From the sequence record PQ015379.1: DNA of 64,000 nt; one strand, 5' to 3'. A model generated the notes under the pieces. That model ran no database searches. It was not told where the DNA came from and was given only the letters and a program-made list of their open reading frames with translations. Shown piece by piece: positions 46,379 to 53,458 of this stretch (its first letter is position 1; each line of letters opens with the position of its first letter). Made by a program: the position numbers and the translations under genes.

Positions 46379-46785
46379 CATTGGCCCTTCTTTTTCATTC
46401 GGTTTTTCCAAAACGCAGCGGCGTCGTTGGTGTGGGAATCATCCGGGCGGAATTTGTAGCCGCTTTCCTTTTCGATTTGGTCGTACATCAGGGTCGCAAT
46501 GCCCTTGCGGCGGAAGTCTTTTCGCACTTCGACCGTGCCGACCAATTGCCCGTCCACGATGAACCCCATGGCATCACCCACAACTTCATCGGATGCTGCG
46601 TCAATGGCGAAAATCTGGCCCGCTAAATCATCCTCGCCCTTACCGTCGAACCATTCCAGAATACAGGCCCCGTGCTTGACGGTGTGCGTAGGCTTGTTGC
46701 GACGATTCGCCCGGCTTTGGTTTTTGATTTCCCACTTGCGCGGATCATCAGAAACGCTGGATGCAATTGTGATTTCCAGTTCCAT
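46378..46785 (-). CDS. GNAT-family acetyltransferase with leader MELEITIA
   Basis: VEVRKDFRRKGIATLMY; HTNDAAAFW. TGATG coupling fixes the start. Confidence 0.8.
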   Translation of the reverse strand: MELEITIASSVSDDPRKWEIKNQSRANRRNKPTHTVKHGACILEWFDGKGEDDLAGQIFAIDAASDEVVGDAMGFIVDGQLVGTVEVRKDFRRKGIATLMYDQIEKESGYKFRPDDSHTNDAAAFWKNRMKKKGQ

Positions 46786-47204
46786 CAGCGATCCTTGATA
46801 TAATCCATGCGGTTGAATTTGTTGGCGTAGCGGCGGCTGGCAATGTCGTCGGTAGGAATGCGGATGCCGACATAATAAACCGTCGAGTCCAAGCGATTCT
46901 GTTCCGGCTCCACTACCCGCCCCTTGGCATCGACGCACATCAGAAGAGTTTCGAGTGCGTCTTTGTCTTTTTCTTTGTACACCCGATAGCCATAGTACAG
47001 GCTGTATTTCAGGCGGTCGGCGTATTTGATCAGGCCGTCGTCGTTCTTCGGCAGATCATTTACGAAATTGCCACGCTTGATTTGAGGCAAATGCAGCAGG
47101 CGCTGGCCGAGGTCGCGAATGTCCGGATAGTTCCGGGCCAGACGAACCATCAGCCCGCCCGGCAAATACTTTTCAGCGGCAGCCAGAGCGAGCATCATTT
47201 CCAT
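46785..47204 (-). CDS. Hypothetical protein with leader MEMMLALA
   Basis: 139 aa. Confidence 0.75.
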   Translation of the reverse strand: MEMMLALAAAEKYLPGGLMVRLARNYPDIRDLGQRLLHLPQIKRGNFVNDLPKNDDGLIKYADRLKYSLYYGYRVYKEKDKDALETLLMCVDAKGRVVEPEQNRLDSTVYYVGIRIPTDDIASRRYANKFNRMDYIKDR

Positions 47205-47207
47205 TTT

Positions 47208-47831
47208 TTACACCGTTTTGTCGATAAGTGCCAACACTTGGCGGCGGACTTCTTCAAGGGGTTGCTGGGCGTCGATCACTACCCACGAATCGTCGATCAT
47301 TCCGTAGTAGGCTTCGCGCACTTCAGCGAAATAGGACAGCGGTTTTTTCTCGAATTCGTCGAGTTTACCGGCACGGGTCGCGTGCATGCGCTCGAAACTA
47401 ACTTCGGGCGGCAGGTCCAGCAGGATCGTCAAATCCGGCTTAATCAAATGGCCGTAATCGTCTGCCATTTGATGAATTTGTTCGGTGGCCTCACAGGTGC
47501 GCGTTTGGTACGCAAGGGCCGACCAGTAATAGCGTTCGGTGAAAACGTTGGTGCCGCTTTCCAGCGCCGGGCGAATTACAGCTTCGGTGTGCTGGATGCG
47601 GGCCGCGTACGACAGGAACGGCTGACACAGGGCGGGCACTTTCCCTTCGTAGTCGAGCATCAGGCGGCGCAGCGTTTCCGCGTACGGAGTCCCGCCCGGT
47701 TCGCGAGTGAAGGCCATCGGATAGCCTTTCGCAATCGCGTGATCGCCCACGTAAATCGAAGCCGTTCCTTTGCCCGCTGCTTCGATGGATTCCAGACAGA
47801 TGAATTTCCCGCGTTTTTTGAATTGCTTCAC
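47208..47831 (-). CDS. tmk: Thymidylate (dTMP) kinase
   Basis: FICLESIEAAGKGT, FTREPGGTP, FTERYYWSALAYQ, PDLTILLDLP; GTGA overlap gives the start. Confidence 0.93.
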   Translation of the reverse strand: MKQFKKRGKFICLESIEAAGKGTASIYVGDHAIAKGYPMAFTREPGGTPYAETLRRLMLDYEGKVPALCQPFLSYAARIQHTEAVIRPALESGTNVFTERYYWSALAYQTRTCEATEQIHQMADDYGHLIKPDLTILLDLPPEVSFERMHATRAGKLDEFEKKPLSYFAEVREAYYGMIDDSWVVIDAQQPLEEVRRQVLALIDKTV

Positions 47832-48400
47832 GTCAAAAATACCCGCTGTGTGCGTTTGATGTTGTGGCGTGCTTCGCCAGCCAGCCAAGCCAGTTTGCGA
47901 TACATCCGGTGTTTGGCCAAAATCGAGACTTGGTGAAACTTCGCTTTCTGGCTACAGCTGATCCGGCCCGTGGTTTCGCTCAGAATCAAAATGCCCACAC
48001 CCTCTGCTTTGAGTTCTTCACGAATTTCCGCGTAGCACCGTGATTTGGTGATCGATGGCGCGAACAGAAAATACAGCTTGTTCACGTGAGGCAGATAATC
48101 CCGCCATTTCTTGTCAGCCCGGAAATCAGCCAAACAGCTTTTGATTTCCACGCCGAAAAAGTTACCGGGATAATCAATCACCAGCGCGTCGAGCCGGGAA
48201 CGGCCCCAAGGCACGACCCCGACTTCTTTGTGCACCGAACAGGTTTGTTTGGCGTAGTAAAACGTCAACGCTTTGTAGAGTGCGCTGGTGATATCCGTGC
48301 GCGACATTTTCACAGAACCTTCCGACTGTTCTGCGCGTTTGTCATGTGCTTTCTTGGCGCGTGCCTGCTTACTGCGCGAGCCTTTCCGTGTGTATGCCAT
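47828..48400 (-). CDS. MmcB-like PD-(D/E)xK nuclease / DNA repair protein
   Basis: EVGV...RLDAL...GVEIKSCLADFRADKKWRDYLPHVNKLYF. Confidence 0.8.
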   Translation of the reverse strand: MAYTRKGSRSKQARAKKAHDKRAEQSEGSVKMSRTDITSALYKALTFYYAKQTCSVHKEVGVVPWGRSRLDALVIDYPGNFFGVEIKSCLADFRADKKWRDYLPHVNKLYFLFAPSITKSRCYAEIREELKAEGVGILILSETTGRISCSQKAKFHQVSILAKHRMYRKLAWLAGEARHNIKRTQRVFLT

Positions 48401-48412
48401 CGGTCCCCACTT

Positions 48413-49738
48413 TTAGGCAATGAGCCTCATGATTTTTGCGTACTCGGCCAGCAGGCCGTTACCGTCGTATTTCTTGATCATCGCCATCATGGCGTCGTGG
48501 TACTGTTCGTGCTTGTACCGCTGATCGTAGGAAGAACGGAAATCGTTCAGAATATTTACGGTATCTGCATCGCTGATACCGCCACGGCGCATGCGTCCGA
48601 TCAGGATTTTGAATTTCTCTTCGGTTTGCACCGTCATGAGTTTGATCGGGAATTTCGCCCACTTGGCTTTCAGCACCATGCGGTCGTCGGTGTAGCTGCG
48701 CATCGATTTGTAGAACTGATCCAGCGGCAGACAATACAGCTGCGGAATCTCTTTGAAGTCCGGCAACTCAACGTGGATCGACGGGCGCAGGTAAGTGGTG
48801 TAGAGCACTTCCGCGTCTTTCAAATCCACATCGCCACCGAATTTCTTTTTCAACGAAGCGTCAGTGAAAGTTTTCGTGGTTTTCAGGTGCACCGCGTGGG
48901 TCACGTTCCGATCTTTGGTCTTGATCAGTTTGATCGTGTATTCCGCATGCGGGAACATGTCTTTCAGCTGGCCAGCCAGTCGGTCGGTATCCTGTTCATC
49001 CAACGGCTTGTCGGTGTACCACGCGTTCCACGAAATCGCTTTGCCGTGCTGGTGTTCCAACGCAACAATCGCGTAAAACTCTTCGGTTGCTTTCCGTTGG
49101 AATTCTTCGTGGGTCGCGGCCTTGATGATGTGGAAACCGTAGCTATTCAGCCTGCGCATTTCCGCTTCGAACAGCGGGCCGTGGTCATCATGCAGAAGCT
49201 CAGCGGCTTTGGCAGGATCAACGGTGCGTAGTTTCATCGCCTTGTACATGGCTTTCAGGTGAATCTGTTCGTGAATGATCGTGTTGGTGAACAGCACACG
49301 GTCAACCATCGCCGATTCATGCACGTGCATGAAATACACCGGCTTTTTGTTCACGAATTTCAATTCGGCGAGGCCCCAAATGTTTGGGTTGCGACTCTTC
49401 ACGAATTTGACTGGCGGGCATTCGTTGTTGAAATACGCGTTGTTGTAATAATCGTACAGCAGCGGCACGCTTTCGAACGCCGGTTTGAACAGCATGTACG
49501 GCGGGTTGTCCGGATCAGGCTCTACCGACCAAAGCTCTTCGCTCATATTGTGCAGCGCGTTGCCTTCTTTCAGCGTCAGTTTGAAAATGATATCCGGTGC
49601 ATCTTCGTGTTGCACGATATAGACTTGCCCGTGGCGGTACATGGTGAAGCGGTCGCCCTGCACCATGAGCAAATCATATTCGTCGTTAGCTTTTCCGTAG
49701 GTGAGGTCGCGATCACCCATGTAGCGATAGTTGGCCAT
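48413..49738 (-). CDS. SprT-like zinc metalloprotease with an N-terminal domain shared with 56046..57119
   Basis: YNNAYFNNE, TIIHEQIH (HExxH), HDDHGPLFEAEMRRLN. Confidence 0.8.
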   Translation of the reverse strand: MANYRYMGDRDLTYGKANDEYDLLMVQGDRFTMYRHGQVYIVQHEDAPDIIFKLTLKEGNALHNMSEELWSVEPDPDNPPYMLFKPAFESVPLLYDYYNNAYFNNECPPVKFVKSRNPNIWGLAELKFVNKKPVYFMHVHESAMVDRVLFTNTIIHEQIHLKAMYKAMKLRTVDPAKAAELLHDDHGPLFEAEMRRLNSYGFHIIKAATHEEFQRKATEEFYAIVALEHQHGKAISWNAWYTDKPLDEQDTDRLAGQLKDMFPHAEYTIKLIKTKDRNVTHAVHLKTTKTFTDASLKKKFGGDVDLKDAEVLYTTYLRPSIHVELPDFKEIPQLYCLPLDQFYKSMRSYTDDRMVLKAKWAKFPIKLMTVQTEEKFKILIGRMRRGGISDADTVNILNDFRSSYDQRYKHEQYHDAMMAMIKKYDGNGLLAEYAKIMRLIA

Positions 49739-50197
49739 TTATTCGAGGTCCGTATTCTTGACGATGTAAGTGATGCGAACAGAATTCCGGAGGAAACTAT
49801 TCAGCACCTCTTCTTCGGTTAATCCTTTAGGCAAACCGTAGGCCGCTGGATCAGTGATATACAGGTATGCATTGATCGACAGCGGATAGCCAATCGTGAT
49901 ATCCCGAAACTCGATGTACTGATACAGCTGGCGCAGAATCGCTAGATCCGGGTGTTCGAATTCGTGCTGGTGTGCCAGCAGGATAAATTGCGGCATTTCG
50001 AATCCGTATTTCGTACGAATCTTTGCAATGCGCACATCCTGCTCAAGGCGGTAGGCCAAACTTTTCAGGCCCGTGACGCAAGCCGATTCCCCTACTTCGT
50101 TGATTTCGGGAACCGGGGTTTCTGGTCGCTTTCCGGAGTTTGGAACGTCAGACGGAACGACCATAAAACGCGAAGAGGGGCCGTATTCACAGCCCAT
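49739..50197 (-). CDS. Hypothetical protein
   Basis: GAGG SD before MGCEYG. Confidence 0.6.
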   Translation of the reverse strand: MGCEYGPSSRFMVVPSDVPNSGKRPETPVPEINEVGESACVTGLKSLAYRLEQDVRIAKIRTKYGFEMPQFILLAHQHEFEHPDLAILRQLYQYIEFRDITIGYPLSINAYLYITDPAAYGLPKGLTEEEVLNSFLRNSVRITYIVKNTDLE

Positions 50198-50981
50198 CTT
50201 GTGCCTCGACTTTTGGAGGCTCAAGCAGCTTCAAACGGTCGTCGAGTTCTGCAATACATTCGATCATCAGGCCCATGAGAGAACCGTAGAAAACGGCGAG
50301 TTTTCCGTCGCTCATTTTCACCACAGCTTCCGGCATGATTTGGTTTACTTCCTGCGCGATCAGGCCGGTGAACATCCGGACCTGCCCTTCTTTGCGGAAG
50401 GTGTAGCCATGCATACGCCGGGCTTTTTTCACAGCATCGACAATGCGGCGCACGTCGGTTTTCAACGTACGGTCAGAAGCCAACGCGACTTCGGTTTTGC
50501 AAACCATTTGACCGATTTCCACGTTGAGTTCAATGGTGTTTTCCACACCGTTATTGAAGGTCAACATGCCACGCGGTTCAGGGTCGTCCGGATCTTGCGG
50601 CGTGATGCGGGTCATTTGAACGTTACCGTCCAGAATTTCCGCTTTCAACACGTCATTGAAATTGACCGAACCAAATTCGTTCAGTTTCATTTCGCCTTCG
50701 AGTGGGCCACCAGCAATCGGAATGTAATCGCCTTTGCCGCCCAGCGAAGCCTCAACCCAACCAGCGTTGGTAATCGGTTTGCCGAAACCTAATTCCCAGT
50801 TAGTGATTCCGGTTGTTTCGATAACGCGAACCATCATGCCCTGCTTACGGGCCTGAATCGGAATCGCGTCACGTTCTGCAATGCTACTCACGATACGGAA
50901 ACCGCCACGCAGGTCGGTATCCACCAACAGATAAAAGTCACCGGTTTTTACAAACCGCTGCGAAATATTAGTCGCCACCAT
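50187..50981 (-). CDS. Small fibre-like protein with a C-terminal intramolecular chaperone (Peptidase_S74-type) domain
   Basis: SDRTLKTDV...YTF...GLIAQEV..IMPEAV...V.YGSLMGLMIECIAEL. Confidence 0.85.
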   Translation of the reverse strand: MVATNISQRFVKTGDFYLLVDTDLRGGFRIVSSIAERDAIPIQARKQGMMVRVIETTGITNWELGFGKPITNAGWVEASLGGKGDYIPIAGGPLEGEMKLNEFGSVNFNDVLKAEILDGNVQMTRITPQDPDDPEPRGMLTFNNGVENTIELNVEIGQMVCKTEVALASDRTLKTDVRRIVDAVKKARRMHGYTFRKEGQVRMFTGLIAQEVNQIMPEAVVKMSDGKLAVFYGSLMGLMIECIAELDDRLKLLEPPKVEAQDGL

Positions 50982-51285
50982 CGCCTCCTACGAATAACAC
51001 CCGCACCATACCCGTTTGGGGTTGGAGGAAATCAACGACGATGTTGCCGTCAACTTCTTTGATGTTATCCGGATAAATGATTTGTTTGGCCGCGTCAAAA
51101 CATTGAACGATGTAGTCCTCGCTACTAACCGGAATTTCCACCGAGGTTGCGTCGGTAATTGCGGCTTTGACGATCTTGGCATGTCCCTGCACATCGACTA
51201 ATCGAGCGCCGTGATTTGGTTCAGTCGGCGCTGATTCAATTGTAATGCCTTTCCCAAGCACACGCGGTTCGAATAGTTTAGTCAT
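50968..51285 (-). CDS. Hypothetical structural protein (start may be 51291)
   Basis: About 105 aa; beta-rich. Confidence 0.6.
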   Translation of the reverse strand: MTKLFEPRVLGKGITIESAPTEPNHGARLVDVQGHAKIVKAAITDATSVEIPVSSEDYIVQCFDAAKQIIYPDNIKEVDGNIVVDFLQPQTGMVRVLFVGGDGGD

Positions 51286-51288
51286 AAA

Positions 51289-51303
51289 CATACCATTAAA
51301 TTA
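51289..51303 (-). promoter_or_regulatory. TAATTTAATGGTATG motif, candidate late promoter, directly after a terminator
   Basis: Same terminator-then-motif arrangement as at 12568-12614. Confidence 0.45.
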
Positions 51304-51308
51304 GTGGG

Positions 51309-51338
51309 AAAACACAAAAACCCACGATTAAGTGGGTT
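51309..51338 (-). terminator. Rho-independent terminator
   Basis: AACCCAC-ttaatc-GTGGGTT then TTTGTGTTTT. Confidence 0.75.
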
Positions 51339-51513
51339 ATTTCAAATAGGTCGAAGGTTCGTCCGACAGGTAACGGCCAACCGAACGGGCCATCTTGTTT
51401 TTAACTGGGGTCGGGATGCGCTCTTTGATCCAACGTACGCCGTGTGGATCAGAACGACGATTACCTGCCAGCAATTCACCGGACAAAAACGTGCGCGTAT
51501 ATTCAGGACTCAT
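51337..51513 (-). CDS. 58-aa hypothetical protein (below the ORF-track cutoff)
   Basis: MSPEYTRTFLSGELLAG...PSTYLK; ATGA overlap with the upstream stop; ends at the terminator. Confidence 0.5.
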   Translation of the reverse strand: MSPEYTRTFLSGELLAGNRRSDPHGVRWIKERIPTPVKNKMARSVGRYLSDEPSTYLK

Positions 51514-52124
51514 TGGGCGGCCATCCGTTCTGCATATTCATCCATCGCGGCAATTACCTGATCACCCAAAGGAATCAAAGTTTTTGCCACGCAAATAATG
51601 GAACTTTCCACCAGCGTTACGGCCTCGCTGGAACCTGCACTGTCGTAAACGAAAGTGGCATCACCCAAGTATTGCGTATCGGGCGGCAGGATCGATCCTT
51701 GCGCGAGGCTAGGGGCACCGACAGCGCACAGAATCTTGAAGAAATACAACGGCTTATTCAGCACGCGATTTGCCGGGGCCAGCGCGTTAAACCATTGGCG
51801 CACACGGGCATTTGCGTACTGTTCGAAAACGTACGGGTTGAATTGTTGCAGGGCCGCGACGTTGACGATTTGTGCCACGCTGTGCACTTTGCCACTGAAC
51901 AACGGGCGTTGTCCCCAGCCAGTATTTGCCACCGAAGTGATCAGCTGATATTCGGTTTTGTCCGCTTGGCAATAAACGGTCATGCCTAGGCGACGTGCAG
52001 ACAGGGGAATTGCATCGCGTGCTGCGAGCGTGGCGACCGTACGATAACCACCAGCCAAATCGGCTTCGTCGAGCAAATAGGTATCGCCAGTGCGCAGCAA
52101 CCGGCTGGGGATTGGTGTTGGCAT
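51510..52124 (-). CDS. Structural protein sharing an N-terminal RDAIP module with 50187..50981
   Basis: DEADLAGGYRTVATLAARDAIPLSARRLGMTV versus DTDLRGGFRIVSSIAERDAIPIQARKQGMMV. Confidence 0.7.
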   Translation of the reverse strand: MPTPIPSRLLRTGDTYLLDEADLAGGYRTVATLAARDAIPLSARRLGMTVYCQADKTEYQLITSVANTGWGQRPLFSGKVHSVAQIVNVAALQQFNPYVFEQYANARVRQWFNALAPANRVLNKPLYFFKILCAVGAPSLAQGSILPPDTQYLGDATFVYDSAGSSEAVTLVESSIICVAKTLIPLGDQVIAAMDEYAERMAAQ

Positions 52125-52138
52125 TTTGGGCTAGATCC

Positions 52139-52912
52139 TCAGTTGGTATCAGAACGGGAAGACATGATTTTGTGATTACCGCCCACTTTTTCGTCACGGT
52201 TACGACCAACTTGCAGCGTGTCGTTTCCGCCGATCTTCACCGTGCGATTTCCACCGATTTCGAGCGTGTAATTGCCGGTGATTTTTTCGTGTTTGTTGCC
52301 TTTACCTTTGGACACGCCGCCCGCCGATTTGGCCTGAACCTCATTCACTTTCGTGTTCGAAGCATTCGACACATAACCCGGCACATCGCCTTTCGACCCG
52401 GTGATGATTTCCGTGCACGAACCGACAACCGTTTTGCTGTAGTCACCGAGGAACACGAAATGCGCATCACCGGGGTTGGCCACAAATACTTCATTGGTCT
52501 GTTTGTCGATAACGATTGTGCAGCCGTTTTCCAATTCCATAACGGCACGGAAAGGGTAATTGGTATCTGCCAGTTTGGTAATCGTTTTCTTGTCGCCGGG
52601 ATAGGCCGCCAATTGTGGTTTGTGCGGGTCGCCTTTCGGAAAGCAAACACCGACCTTGCCGCCCACAGGTGGAATGTTCACGAACGCGGCGCCGGTTGCC
52701 CCTGCATCAGCAGCATAATCCTGATCCATCGGCAATGCCCACGGCAAATGCTGATCGGGAATCGTGTCGGGGAAAATACCTGCGATCCGTACGCGCACCC
52801 GACGTGCTTTGCGTGGATCTTTATTGTCTACCACAACGCCCGCGTAAATGATCTTGGGATCGAGGCCTTGGCGTTGCAGGACTTTGCTGGAATTAATCGG
52901 TGCCCCGGCCAT
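52139..52912 (-). CDS. Baseplate central spike, gp5/VgrG-like (OB fold plus beta-helix)
   Basis: YAGVVVDNKDPRKARRVRVRI, LPWALP, IPPVGGKVGV; C-terminal GNxxxxIG repeats. Confidence 0.92.
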   Translation of the reverse strand: MAGAPINSSKVLQRQGLDPKIIYAGVVVDNKDPRKARRVRVRIAGIFPDTIPDQHLPWALPMDQDYAADAGATGAAFVNIPPVGGKVGVCFPKGDPHKPQLAAYPGDKKTITKLADTNYPFRAVMELENGCTIVIDKQTNEVFVANPGDAHFVFLGDYSKTVVGSCTEIITGSKGDVPGYVSNASNTKVNEVQAKSAGGVSKGKGNKHEKITGNYTLEIGGNRTVKIGGNDTLQVGRNRDEKVGGNHKIMSSRSDTN

Positions 52913-53217
52913 TACGGTTGATTACCGGTAATCGTGCACCACAGCATTTTGGCCCGCACAGCAAATGGACAACAAACCATGTTGAAATACCAATGCAGTG
53001 CGGTATCAGGATGGCTTGGGTCATGCTGGCGATACGTGAGGTCGGAAATGGCGCCGCTCACATAATCCGCGTATTGCATTCGTTGCGGATTATTCAACCC
53101 TTTTTCCAGCAAATCCAACAGGTCGAAATTGATGTGCGGTTCGCTGGTGTGTGCCAGTTTATTCAGGGCGTCCAGCTGTTCTTCAGGAGAAAACGAATCC
53201 CACATTTTAGGCTCCAT
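52912..53217 (-). CDS. Hypothetical protein
   Basis: About 100 aa; TAATG-coupled to the spike gene. Confidence 0.55.
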   Translation of the reverse strand: MEPKMWDSFSPEEQLDALNKLAHTSEPHINFDLLDLLEKGLNNPQRMQYADYVSGAISDLTYRQHDPSHPDTALHWYFNMVCCPFAVRAKMLWCTITGNQP

Positions 53218-53222
53218 AAACG

Positions 53223-53259
53223 AAAAAACCGCGCCGTGCAATTGCTCACAGGGCGCGGT
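53223..53259 (-). terminator. Rho-independent terminator
   Basis: ACCGCGCC...GGCGCGGT followed by TTTTT. Confidence 0.8.
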
Positions 53260-53420
53260 CGGTTGTGTACCACCTTTGCCTGAACAAAGGAGAGATTGCG
53301 CAGCGTCAATGCGTTTAGTTTTAATCTGGTGACATTCGGTTTATGTGGCCATTCAAGTCCAACCGCTGCCTATCCCTGATCCTATTTGTGTTGGCTGGTG
53401 CCGACGCTGCGCAATCCCTA
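53223..53420 (-). ncRNA. Candidate ~200-nt structured ncRNA downstream of the portal gene
   Basis: 14-bp perfect inverted repeat (53294-53307 / 53403-53416), extendable to 17-19 bp with G-U pairs, around ~95 nt; then a CCTTTG/CAAAGG hairpin and the terminator; AT-rich promoter-like TGTAAATAAGTAT upstream; no credible minus-strand ORF. Confidence 0.55.
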
Positions 53421-53458
53421 CGATACTTATTTACAGTTTTTAGGCTGCTAGTTCTAAA

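Noticed and set aside
36241-47204. Reading the M-E-x-x-L-A-L-A leader as a Sec or lipoprotein signal peptide
   Set aside because: No basic n-region (usually acidic at position 2), a hydrophobic stretch of only about 6 residues, no lipobox Cys, and cargoes that are cytoplasmic enzymes.
50187-50224. Apparent gene overlaps at 50187-50224, 47828-47888, 17472-17607 and 39713-39786 as possible frameshifts
   Set aside because: Each resolves with a downstream start supported by an SD or a stop/start overlap; only the 24590 junction lacks such a start.
53291-53419. Retron msr-msd or Y RNA identity for the candidate ncRNA
   Set aside because: No reverse transcriptase or Ro60 gene in the window. The GUC-GG/UU-GAC helix resembles the Y RNA stem but lacks the bulged C, so no family was assigned.
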